A stretch of 64,000 nt of DNA from the IMG/VR virus record IMGVR_UViG_3300019372_000169; one strand, 5' to 3'. This stretch comes from an uncultured virus (IMG/VR IMGVR_UViG_3300019372_000169) (lineage: Duplodnaviria; Heunggongvirae; Uroviricota; Caudoviricetes). Position numbers and translations under genes: made by a program. Numbering within the stretch: the stretch's first letter is position 1; every line of letters starts with the position of its first letter. This document shows positions 35,967-45,514 of the stretch, one piece after another. Under the pieces are notes generated by a model that saw nothing but the letters and a program-made list of their open reading frames with translations, was not told where the DNA came from and did no database searches.

Positions 35967-36827
35967 TCAATTTATGTTGATTGTCAGAGTCCCGTTGAGC
36001 TCTTCAATCTGCACACCCTTGCCGTAATTGTTCATGATAACCTGTTTTTTGGCCTGTGAAGCGGCCTCCGTCTTCTCAGAACGCGGGCTTTCATCACTTT
36101 TGGGGGCGTCATCCACTATTTCGGCTTCGACCGGTGGTATGTCCTCATCTTCCGTCCGTTTCGCTTCAGCGGCATCTTTATGCCCTTTGTAGGGATAGAC
36201 CCGCTCGATATGCGTTCCCAAAAGTGTCGGCTTCCAGTCCGTAATCGTGCTGCGACCGAGGATGTTCGTCGGTCGATGAAACAAGATATAGTGCCAAATT
36301 CCGACGAGAAATGGCTGAAAGCAAATCTCCGTAGCCGCAAGGATCTGTTCTCTTGTTGAGGGAGAGCCATCCTCATTTATATAGAACATATCTGTATCCG
36401 GAATGATGTCATCCCGGATTATTTCCACGAGCGTCTTTACGAGGCGCTCGTCTTTTTTTGAGGTCGTATCGACATCGAGGAAACCATCGGCAAACGCAGC
36501 CATGCGTGACAGCGCGGTCTGATAGTCATTTCGAACGCACTCGTCAAACGCATGAACTTCGGCAGAATCCTCGCTAAAAGGCAGGTATGTTCCACATTCT
36601 TTTCGGCAGTTCTTGTATGCGGAAGTATTTTCTTTAAATGTGCCACCGGCGGGCGCGGTAAAGTCAGGACTCATAACCTGAATAAACGCCAGCATGGTTT
36701 CCGGGTCGGAAAGACCGTCGCGCTTGCTCATGAAGCGCTCACGCACGCTGTTCCTTGACGGGTGTGCTTCCATCAAGTGGGTCAAAAAGACCCCGCCACA
36801 TAAATACGGAATGCTCTGTTCAGGCAT
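35967..36827 (-). CDS. Hypothetical protein with C-terminal RHIM/PP-like motif
   Basis: Globular N-terminal domain, acidic disordered linker, terminal MNNYGKGVQIEELNGTLTININ; AGGAGG RBS. Confidence 0.8.
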   Translation of the reverse strand: MPEQSIPYLCGGVFLTHLMEAHPSRNSVRERFMSKRDGLSDPETMLAFIQVMSPDFTAPAGGTFKENTSAYKNCRKECGTYLPFSEDSAEVHAFDECVRNDYQTALSRMAAFADGFLDVDTTSKKDERLVKTLVEIIRDDIIPDTDMFYINEDGSPSTREQILAATEICFQPFLVGIWHYILFHRPTNILGRSTITDWKPTLLGTHIERVYPYKGHKDAAEAKRTEDEDIPPVEAEIVDDAPKSDESPRSEKTEAASQAKKQVIMNNYGKGVQIEELNGTLTININ

Positions 36828-36850
36828 CGGCTTTCCTCCTTAAAAACTAA

Positions 36851-36975
36851 TATCGTTACTATCGCTGCTATCGCTGCTAACCATAGCGCGACAACCTTGC
36901 TAACTATTGGATAGCTCCTGTGAGAGATCACGGGAGCCTTTCTTCCTGTGATCCTCAACGAAAATCACAGGAGGG
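36851..36975. promoter_or_regulatory. Divergent control region with 9-bp tandem repeats and two TCCTGTGA/TCACRGGA dyads
   Basis: TATCGYTRC x3 (36851-36877); hairpins 36914-36937 and 36944-36972, the second overlapping the RBS. Confidence 0.6.
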
Positions 36976-36982
36976 AAAATCC

Positions 36983-37477
36983 ATGTCAACCAATGAAAAT
37001 CGCAAGGAACACTACATCTACGACCCCGCAACCAAGCAGTGCATCCCTGTCAGCGATGAGGTCTACAACGCGTTCTACCGCCCGATCTGGAACACATTCC
37101 GTAAGGCGCACCGCCACGGCTGCTGTTCCTGCCCCGGAAGCAAGTGGTGGCTCTGCGGCGGCGACTGCGCCGATTGCAAGTACCGCGCCGCCGGAGACAG
37201 TTTATCGCTCGACTACGAGCAGGAGGTGGTCGGCGACATCCGCGAGGACGAGTCTGCCGACATAGAATCTATCGTGACTGACCGCATCATCTTTGACCAG
37301 CTCCTTAAGAGGTTGGACGAGCTGATGCCGGAAGCTCGTCGCATTGGGGAGCTTCGCCTCGATGGCCTTTCGGACAGCGACATCGCAGATATTATCGGCA
37401 TACCACGCACGACATTCCTATCAAGGCTCAAAAAAGCCAAGAGCAAGCTTCACGCCGAGTGTAGTGACCTGATCTAA
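36983..37477 (+). CDS. Sigma70 region-4-like (ECF-like) regulator of element 2
   Basis: Cys cluster; C-terminal GLSDSDIADIIGIPRTTFLSRLKK HTH. Confidence 0.8.
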   Translation: MSTNENRKEHYIYDPATKQCIPVSDEVYNAFYRPIWNTFRKAHRHGCCSCPGSKWWLCGGDCADCKYRAAGDSLSLDYEQEVVGDIREDESADIESIVTDRIIFDQLLKRLDELMPEARRIGELRLDGLSDSDIADIIGIPRTTFLSRLKKAKSKLHAECSDLI

Positions 37478-37532
37478 CCTGGGCAGGCTCTCCGGCTACC
37501 ACCGTGGCGGCTGGGGAGCTTTTCCGTTTGGA

Positions 37533-40500
37533 TTAGAAGAATGTAAGCTCTCTGTTTTTTCGAGCAATATCCTCATCGTAGGTTTTTTGAATATTTCCAA
37601 ACTGGATGGTGACATACGTCTTCCCAGAATTAATCGCTCTCTTCACGACATACCCGTCTCCGTATTGTTTACTTACTACGTCTCCGCGTTTTTTTGTGTT
37701 ACGGGCAGGCTGAGTCTCAACAGAGACAGTTAGCGGCTTATTTTTATCATCAAACGGCAGGTTGGATTGCGGAATCTGCACAGTTACATTCCTATGAATC
37801 TGAACGTCAACGGCTGTATCCTCACTTCGTATTTCATACGTTTTTTCGGGCAGGCCGTATACATTAACGCTTTGATGACCGGTTGAAAAAGTGTTTTCCT
37901 CAAGGTAATCGCTGGTTCCAAAGATCAATTTTTCCAAGTCGTGCGAGTGCCATTCTGTAGCATACTCATCTTTGGCAAGTCGTTCAACACGTTTGACCAG
38001 CCTTAGGTTCTCAACATTTTCAGTATCATCGTCGGGCATAATAATAAACAGGTAATCTCGCGCCCGGCTTATAGAAACATTGATAATGTTCTTCTTATTG
38101 AGGAACATCTCCTTAGAAGAAGATATCGAAGGAGGAGCATTGAAGACGGCAATTATAATATCGCATTCATCTCCCTGAAACCCGTGTATTGTGCCTACCT
38201 GAACACTGACAGATACAGGAAGGCTCGCCGACGCCATCAGCTTGTCTATCAAATCTGCCTGAGCTCGATACGGCGCTATAATACCTATCGTGAAATTACG
38301 CTGTGTTCCTTCATTTGCCCTCGCAATATTTTCGGCAAGAAAGCTCGTGAACTCAAAGGAGAACAAGGCAGAGTAAATATGGTATGAGCTGCTATGCTGT
38401 AGCCTTTTTGAGCGGGTAATGCTCTCATATTTCGTTACCGGAAATTTCACAATATTCAAAGCGGATATATTTAACCCGCAGTCAACATTGAGTAGTTTGG
38501 CGCTGTCTGCCGTTCGATTATGCTTCAAAATCCCGCCATAAGCAAATTTGCTGAATACGCTGCCAATTGCCGGGATGCTTCGATATTGTGTCGTAAGTAG
38601 TGTGACCGGGTATTTATACGGGACAGTAACAGGATCAACAAATGAGTCAAGCTGAACCATTGTGTATATGTTTTCGTTTTTCCACAGATCAATTGCTGTA
38701 ATGGGTTCTATTTGAAATGGGTCTCCGGCAATATAGAATTTTCTCGGAGTTTTCTTATACAAGGGATAAACGATATTTGCTATCGGAATCATTGAAGCCT
38801 CGTCCACCACAATGTAATCCCAGTTGATTGCATTAAGGAAAATACGCGCGCCATTCGGCATAAAGAAATCATATGGGAATCTGGCGATCGTTGTGACTGT
38901 GATTGTCCGCTTCAGCTTACGAATATCGAATGTTTTATCACGGAACACCTCACTCGCTTCAATAGCTTCATCGTTAGTGATGCCAAATCGTACAAGCCAG
39001 TCAATATAGGAAGTATCGCTCCCCATGGTATCCATTAGTCTGCTCACAAGAACATCAGCGGACTTATTTGTTGGCGTCAAGACGAGGACTTTTAAATCTT
39101 CTTGCTGCTGCATCATTGGAATCAGTATATTTCTTACAAGGTGCGTTGTTTTGCCTGTACCGGGAGGGCCAAATACAAACTCAATGTTTTCACAAAGGTT
39201 TTGCTGCATGTTATAGTCATCATCATACCCCAAAGCTGCAAACTGCTTACGGAGTTCCTCCAATAAGAAGACCGGGCTTTTTGCGTCAATGCGTGCTTCA
39301 GTAACAGCAGAAAGATCAATGCCGTCAATGTCTGCATTTGTCTTCAGCTTGACTCTGAGCGTATATGATTTTACGTTTGCGACCTCTATTGCAACGGTTT
39401 TCGTCTGATCTCCAAAGTGTAATACGAGAGGGATGTCAGCTAAATCCTCCATAAACTGAGGAATATAGCGACTCGGGTATTTCAACACAAGCGTTCGTTG
39501 CGTTCCAGATTCTCTTTCTACGCGGGCAAAACTGATAGATACTTCTTTGCTGTTCAGATTGTTCGCGTTGCTGGTCAGCGTTTCCATTTCGAGCAGAGTA
39601 TTAAACCAGCAGAAAGAGTATTTTTCAGCATTTACAGCACGCTTCTGAAGGCCTTCAAAATAAGCAATCTTGTCTATTTCAATTGCACTCTTCTGCTTTG
39701 CCTGTTCAATCCTCTTGCTGTAATCTACCGGTCGAGGAGTATACTCATCTTCATCAATTTCCTCATCTGCGCGGTCTTCTGGCTCTGGTTGCACAATGTC
39801 ATTGCGTGTCGGCTGTGGCTTCGTCCGCCGCGCAATATCCCTTATCACTTTTGATGAAGGCTTGCGATTGTAACCCTCATTCCCACTACCTGCGTCTTCA
39901 CCGAAATCTTCCTCTTCACCTATGTCATCTTCGGAATCGGAGTCGTCGTTTGACACGGTTCCAGTGGGCGCTTGCGGTCCTTTTTGTTGACGTGCGGCAT
40001 TTGCAGCTTCTCTCTGCTTCTTAATAAACGCAATCTCTTCCAAGTCGTCCTCGGTTAATCCGAGCGCTTCGGCTTTCTTAGCCAGTTCAATACGTTCTTT
40101 TTGTTTATCTGTCAGATTATCATAGTCATCGTCGTCGTCATCTGCGCCAGCTTCATTTGCGATTTGTAAAAAGTTAAATAGGCTTGAAGCACCCTCTGAT
40201 GAGGTATCATATATACTTGCAATTTCATCCCGTGTTATTTCGCTCGTGGATACGAAGTCACCGGCAGCATTTACAAGCCATTTTTCTGTTCTGAGAAGAA
40301 CAACGTCCGCTGCCTCAAACGATTGAGTATAACCGGAATAATAGTAGTAGCTACAGGAGCCTATTAAAAGATATGACAAACTGTGATACGTCTCACATAT
40401 ACCGACAAGGGCGCTCCACAGCAGTTTTGATTTTTCGATACTTTTTGATTCTGTAATAGCTGTTACCAATTCTTTACAGCCATCAATAGTTTTTTCACTC

Positions 40501-42689
40501 CATGAATGTCCGCGCGTGGATCGTGGCATGGGCAGGTCTCTCCGGACTGCTTCGGAATAATCGATAGTTCTCGTTACAATTGAGATACTTTTCTTTATAC
40601 CAAGCTCAGTCAAAAATGATATGAGTTGCTTTTCATTCGATGCGCCGACCAAATCGAGATACTCATCGTATGCTACAAAGAGTGCGTCCTTTTTTGTTTC
40701 AAAATACTCCTTGAGTTCCGGCGACGGGAAATACAGATCAGAGGCTTTTCCCCTGTATGGCTGGCTATCATCAGGCTCATAATAAGTGACGAAATCGCAA
40801 TCCTTTATGAGCTCAATAAAATCGTCAACTTCTTCCTGGGGGCACTGTTTATAGTATTTAAAGAAAAGCAGGAAGTGCGGATCCGTGTCTATTTCAACGC
40901 CACTTTTATACTGCGGTAAAATGATATTGTAGATTTGATTTCTTATTGACGGCTTCTTGACTCCAATTTTCTCCAAAAAGGCAACAGTTTCTTTTTCGGT
41001 CAGAAGCTCCGAATAGACTGTAGTGTATCCACTTAAGTCTTTGTCGGGGAGAAACAAAATCAGATGCTCTGATGAATCAAATGCAGCTACAGCCTTACGG
41101 TCTTTGTCAAGAAATATCGGCATTTTCTTGATGCTGTCAGTCCGTTTAGTTGTCTCAGAAAGCCATTTATAGAACACATGAAGCCACGCTATGGGCTGTT
41201 TCTCTACAAAGTTTGCGCTAATTCCCTTAATTGACTTTGTCCGTTTACGATAATACGAATCCCAGACGGTACGGCCGCTGATGATTGTGTTCTCATCTAA
41301 CCACGTATTGACTATTTCATCGACATATGAAGCCAGTGCTTTATTTCCACGTTGAATCTCATCACGTCCCATGGAAACAAACACCCAATGTGCTTCAGGA
41401 ATCTCGCAGATATCAGCAAGCTGTTCATCAGTAAACAATTCCGCTAATTGCGGGACTGCGGCCCAACAAGCAGTATCTTTTGCGCAGTACCCATCTCGAG
41501 TCGGCAGTATGGATTCTGTTGTGAAGATATTCTTGATCTCGGTAAAGAACGGCATAAAGGAAATATGCCGCTTATCATTGACATCAGTAAAGCTGTCTCC
41601 GTCAGTGGGTATTATGGACAGAATAGAGTCATCAATAAGCCTTGCTGACTTTTCTATGCCTATGTCGCGAAGATACAGCAAGCTGTCGGATGCCAGCTTT
41701 GCCAACAGCGCAACCATATGATTGTTGTGAGCAACGCCTGCCCGTATTCCTTCACGGCTGTCTGTTAGCAGAAACGGTGCGTGTATCAGGAAATTAAGGC
41801 CGGTGTTTTCTTTGGTCGGGAAGAAGCAGAATGCGGGTTCTTTCTTGGGCAGCAGTTTTTTGTCTTTGTCAAGGAAGAAACCAACGGAATACTTTCTCCC
41901 GGCTTCATCTTTGCGTGTGAACAGCCACAAATACTGATCGACAATATCTTCGCCGCTGTTTTGCGTAAGCGTAATTAACTCCGCTGTGGATTCGCCAATC
42001 TGCCTTGTTTCTGGTATGCTTTTACCATATAGACCGATAACATCTTCAAATTCAAAATCGATGTCGCGCAGGCTGCTCAGAAAGAGAAGTGGGTAAGAGA
42101 GTGATCTCAGTTTCTCTGCTATATCGCTGTATGCCTCTTTTTGACCGCGTTCGGCATGGTCAAAAGGGAAAACAAACAGTGTTTCATTTGCTCTGCGCCC
42201 CTCAAAATCCTCTTCAATAAAAGTGGGAACAATGAAGCGGTCAATGCGAAAATGGACATTTGGATCATAGATATAAGGCGTCGATGTGTACTGAAAAACG
42301 GCCTTAAATCCAACACCAAATTTGCCAATAGATGCCGCCGTTTTGTTGGAGTTGGCGATTGAAGTAATTGAGTTAATATCCCCAAGCCTACCAGCGTCAG
42401 AGTCTTCATCTTCATGTGAAGGGTCTGTTACGGAAAAATGCCGGGTGCCGTTGTGTATAAAGATTAGTCTGTCCGGTTCAAGAATGAAACGCGCATTTGT
42501 AGCGCCAGCGTCGTCGGCGTTTTGGAGAAGCTCATATATAAAATGAGCTTGGTCCGAGTACTTTTCAACAACGCTATTCTTTATACCTCTCATTGAGGGC
42601 TTTTCAAGGGTGTCGGCGCTTTCGGCACGGTCTGCTGTGAGCGCAGCAAAGAATTGCTTCTCTTGCTCAGTCATCTTGTCATTCCCCAA
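37533..42689 (-). CDS. Sacsin/MORC-like GHKL ATPase fused to a UPF1-like SF1 helicase
   Basis: ELLQNADDA and IGKFGVGFKAVF at the N-terminus; GPPGTGKT, VDEASM, GDPFQI, QYRS, IIAPYRAQ, TIHGFQGDE, NVSISRA at the C-terminus. The start may be 42674. Confidence 0.85.
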   Translation of the reverse strand: MGNDKMTEQEKQFFAALTADRAESADTLEKPSMRGIKNSVVEKYSDQAHFIYELLQNADDAGATNARFILEPDRLIFIHNGTRHFSVTDPSHEDEDSDAGRLGDINSITSIANSNKTAASIGKFGVGFKAVFQYTSTPYIYDPNVHFRIDRFIVPTFIEEDFEGRRANETLFVFPFDHAERGQKEAYSDIAEKLRSLSYPLLFLSSLRDIDFEFEDVIGLYGKSIPETRQIGESTAELITLTQNSGEDIVDQYLWLFTRKDEAGRKYSVGFFLDKDKKLLPKKEPAFCFFPTKENTGLNFLIHAPFLLTDSREGIRAGVAHNNHMVALLAKLASDSLLYLRDIGIEKSARLIDDSILSIIPTDGDSFTDVNDKRHISFMPFFTEIKNIFTTESILPTRDGYCAKDTACWAAVPQLAELFTDEQLADICEIPEAHWVFVSMGRDEIQRGNKALASYVDEIVNTWLDENTIISGRTVWDSYYRKRTKSIKGISANFVEKQPIAWLHVFYKWLSETTKRTDSIKKMPIFLDKDRKAVAAFDSSEHLILFLPDKDLSGYTTVYSELLTEKETVAFLEKIGVKKPSIRNQIYNIILPQYKSGVEIDTDPHFLLFFKYYKQCPQEEVDDFIELIKDCDFVTYYEPDDSQPYRGKASDLYFPSPELKEYFETKKDALFVAYDEYLDLVGASNEKQLISFLTELGIKKSISIVTRTIDYSEAVRRDLPMPRSTRGHSWSEKTIDGCKELVTAITESKSIEKSKLLWSALVGICETYHSLSYLLIGSCSYYYYSGYTQSFEAADVVLLRTEKWLVNAAGDFVSTSEITRDEIASIYDTSSEGASSLFNFLQIANEAGADDDDDDYDNLTDKQKERIELAKKAEALGLTEDDLEEIAFIKKQREAANAARQQKGPQAPTGTVSNDDSDSEDDIGEEEDFGEDAGSGNEGYNRKPSSKVIRDIARRTKPQPTRNDIVQPEPEDRADEEIDEDEYTPRPVDYSKRIEQAKQKSAIEIDKIAYFEGLQKRAVNAEKYSFCWFNTLLEMETLTSNANNLNSKEVSISFARVERESGTQRTLVLKYPSRYIPQFMEDLADIPLVLHFGDQTKTVAIEVANVKSYTLRVKLKTNADIDGIDLSAVTEARIDAKSPVFLLEELRKQFAALGYDDDYNMQQNLCENIEFVFGPPGTGKTTHLVRNILIPMMQQQEDLKVLVLTPTNKSADVLVSRLMDTMGSDTSYIDWLVRFGITNDEAIEASEVFRDKTFDIRKLKRTITVTTIARFPYDFFMPNGARIFLNAINWDYIVVDEASMIPIANIVYPLYKKTPRKFYIAGDPFQIEPITAIDLWKNENIYTMVQLDSFVDPVTVPYKYPVTLLTTQYRSIPAIGSVFSKFAYGGILKHNRTADSAKLLNVDCGLNISALNIVKFPVTKYESITRSKRLQHSSSYHIYSALFSFEFTSFLAENIARANEGTQRNFTIGIIAPYRAQADLIDKLMASASLPVSVSVQVGTIHGFQGDECDIIIAVFNAPPSISSSKEMFLNKKNIINVSISRARDYLFIIMPDDDTENVENLRLVKRVERLAKDEYATEWHSHDLEKLIFGTSDYLEENTFSTGHQSVNVYGLPEKTYEIRSEDTAVDVQIHRNVTVQIPQSNLPFDDKNKPLTVSVETQPARNTKKRGDVVSKQYGDGYVVKRAINSGKTYVTIQFGNIQKTYDEDIARKNRELTFF

Positions 42690-42719
42690 CCTTTCGACAG
42701 CATATATTTTTACAGCAAC

Positions 42720-45509
42720 CTACATACAGAAACCATCTGTATCAAAGATATGCGTAAGCTCATCGTCATTTATGGCTTGCTTTACCTTATCCCGTACTGC
42801 GGTCTTTGACATGTCAAGCCGCTTGAATTTTCCATCTGAAGCCATACGGATAAGTTGAATCCGCCCAACGACCGGGTTATTCCGGGCATATTCGGCAAAA
42901 CCTTTCGCTTTTCCGAGATTGTCTGTCCGTGTTTGGTCGTGAGGCTCAAGGATATCAATGATATATCCGCCGTGTGCATCCTTACGAATGACAAGGAAAT
43001 CCGGGTATGCGGGTTTATATACTCCGTCTTTCTCATACGGAATACTCAGCGACCAGGGCTTTCTCGGTGGATTACGAAGCCAGCATACGAAGTCAGACCG
43101 CGCTGCTTCTTCATCAAGCACACCTTGCTCCCAGTTGTTGAGAGCAATTCTGGCCACTCCGGAATTGTCCACGAACAGATGGTTGGAATAAACCCTGCCA
43201 TTCGCACTGTGCTCGCAGTTTATGGTTTCGGGAAGCATAAAAATGTGCGCACTGACGAGATCACCGTCGGAAACGATATCATTGTATTTCTTTTTGTACT
43301 TTACTGGCAGGTTGATTGTCTGGCGCCGATACCTGTCGTTCATCACGTGGAAACGGTCTTTAGCAAAAGTATTCAGCGCAGCGATGCAGTTGCTGTCCGC
43401 AGCGTAAATAATAATATCGATTTTGAAGCCGTTCGGATTGTCCTCAGTCTGATACTCACGACCGTATTTCACACCTATTCCTTCGTTACCGAGCTTGGTA
43501 TCGGCGAGTCTAAACTGCCTGTCCAGGTCGGTATCCGTGGCGGAGAGAAAATCGTGAACGGCGTTATTGTCTACGCTTTCGCCGAACACGTCAAAAACCT
43601 GCGTATTCAGCTTGAACTGCAGCACCTTTGTTGCAAGCTCAGAATACTTACCGCTAGATTTGAGTGATTCTATATAATCGTGAACCATTCGCACGATGTC
43701 ATCACAGACTTCATCATAGGCGTTTTGATAAATCAACGATTGACTAAACAAGTGTGAAAGTGCGAACAAAGAGTGCAGATAATTATTGATGCGCACACTT
43801 CTCACTTCGTATGTAAGCAAACCTGCGTCGTTGATTGCTTTCATCACTTCTTCTCGGTCAAAGTCTGCGGTAATCTCTTCTGCCGTACTTGATACATCGG
43901 AGTCATTTGGCGTTTCCTCAATAGGCGCAGGATACTCTTGCACTGTTTGGACATTCTGACCGCTGGGTGTCTGGGCATAGGCCGATGAGGCAGTTGCACC
44001 GATTGCATCACTGGGAGCAGTTTCACCCATGTTGTCGGATTCCGGCTGAGCAATATCATCTAAGCTAAGCTGCCCCGGTGTTATGACTTCATGGCGCGGC
44101 GCAGCAGCCCTTGGCGTAGTCTGCTTCGGTCGTACAGTGAGAGTATCAAAAGTTTTCTCGCCGAACGCTTCACCATATACATCGGTTGGGATGTTACCGC
44201 CTTCGGTGCTTTGCAGGGCTTCGGCTACGTCCTTAACGGTTTCTGCATTGAAGTATGGTAAGAACAGATGAACGTCGTTCAAAACATCATCTACCATAAT
44301 GTGCATCTGCATCGGAGTACGCACCATGCGTCCGAGGAGCTGCGCGATATAAGTGGCATCATTGGCATGACGGAAGGACATCATCGTCTCGGCGCGTGGG
44401 CAGTCCCAACCTGTGGATAGATTCTCCTTGAAGAAAACAACTTTTATCTTACGGTCATCAGCGATGCGGGAGGGCTCACAATAATTGACTTCTATTCCAT
44501 TGATAACAAGAGTACCGTTGGTTTGGCCGAAGGTATGGACAACCTCACCGGGTTGAAAACGTTCACCGGTGCGCTCTTCTATTTTTTGCAGGCAATCGTC
44601 TAAATCTGTAGCAGAAAGCTGACTTCCGCTGCCGTTTTGAACCTGAATGACGAAAACAGGATTCACATACGCATAATGCTGCTCATAGCAATACTGCGTC
44701 CAATGCTCCCATTTCTGTTTCCAATCGTCCGCAGCGGCTTGAAGAACCGCCATATCATTATTAATGGTATCCGGATATGTGATGATGATCCTGTCTTTGA
44801 GAAGACCGGAAGCGCGGACTTCATCCGCTGTCGTCACAACAAAATGCGTAGTAGACATGATGCCGGAGGCGAGATTGTTGAAGCGTTCCGGAGTAGCTGT
44901 CATTCCAATTACAACAGGCATAACTGGCAAACCATCATCTGGGCTGCCTTTAAGAAATTTCTGCATAATGGTGGTGGCTTTGGCTGCGTCTCGGCCCTGC
45001 ATGCCGCGATGGGCTTCATCTATGATGAAGTAAAGCCTGTCCGATTTTTCACGGACGGTATTGGCAAGCGTTTCCCAGATGGTGTATGTCCTACCGTCAC
45101 CATGCTTTGTCAGATTACTGCTTTTGCCGAGCTTCTGTGTATTCAAAAAATAGATGTTCCCATCATCGAGCATTTCCTGATCGAAGGAGTCATCGGTTAT
45201 AATCTTGCATTGGTCGAGTGTGATTTTATCGGCTTTTAGGTCAATTTTATCCTTAGACTGCTGATTCAACTCCGGTGAGTCTGAGAGCCATACAAAGATA
45301 GCGTCGAGCTGATCCGGATATGTATCATCACCAAATAAGATGCTCTCAATCAACGAGGACATGACGATGGTCTTGCCAGCACCTGTGGGGGCTGTATAGG
45401 AAACAATCTGCGGGGTATGAGTACGGCGATAGCTGCCGAGCGCTTCGGCGGTATTCAGACGCAGGTTTGTAAGCGCCTGCTTTTGAAACGGGAATAATTC
45501 AACCTTCAT
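42720..45509 (-). CDS. res: Type III restriction Res-like subunit (SF2 helicase + PD-(D/E)xK-like C-terminus)
   Basis: APTGAGKT, IDEAH, TATP, GWDCPRA, QLLGRMVR, YPDF...ILEPH. Confidence 0.8.
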   Translation of the reverse strand: MKVELFPFQKQALTNLRLNTAEALGSYRRTHTPQIVSYTAPTGAGKTIVMSSLIESILFGDDTYPDQLDAIFVWLSDSPELNQQSKDKIDLKADKITLDQCKIITDDSFDQEMLDDGNIYFLNTQKLGKSSNLTKHGDGRTYTIWETLANTVREKSDRLYFIIDEAHRGMQGRDAAKATTIMQKFLKGSPDDGLPVMPVVIGMTATPERFNNLASGIMSTTHFVVTTADEVRASGLLKDRIIITYPDTINNDMAVLQAAADDWKQKWEHWTQYCYEQHYAYVNPVFVIQVQNGSGSQLSATDLDDCLQKIEERTGERFQPGEVVHTFGQTNGTLVINGIEVNYCEPSRIADDRKIKVVFFKENLSTGWDCPRAETMMSFRHANDATYIAQLLGRMVRTPMQMHIMVDDVLNDVHLFLPYFNAETVKDVAEALQSTEGGNIPTDVYGEAFGEKTFDTLTVRPKQTTPRAAAPRHEVITPGQLSLDDIAQPESDNMGETAPSDAIGATASSAYAQTPSGQNVQTVQEYPAPIEETPNDSDVSSTAEEITADFDREEVMKAINDAGLLTYEVRSVRINNYLHSLFALSHLFSQSLIYQNAYDEVCDDIVRMVHDYIESLKSSGKYSELATKVLQFKLNTQVFDVFGESVDNNAVHDFLSATDTDLDRQFRLADTKLGNEGIGVKYGREYQTEDNPNGFKIDIIIYAADSNCIAALNTFAKDRFHVMNDRYRRQTINLPVKYKKKYNDIVSDGDLVSAHIFMLPETINCEHSANGRVYSNHLFVDNSGVARIALNNWEQGVLDEEAARSDFVCWLRNPPRKPWSLSIPYEKDGVYKPAYPDFLVIRKDAHGGYIIDILEPHDQTRTDNLGKAKGFAEYARNNPVVGRIQLIRMASDGKFKRLDMSKTAVRDKVKQAINDDELTHIFDTDGFCM

Positions 45510-45514
45510 CTTTC

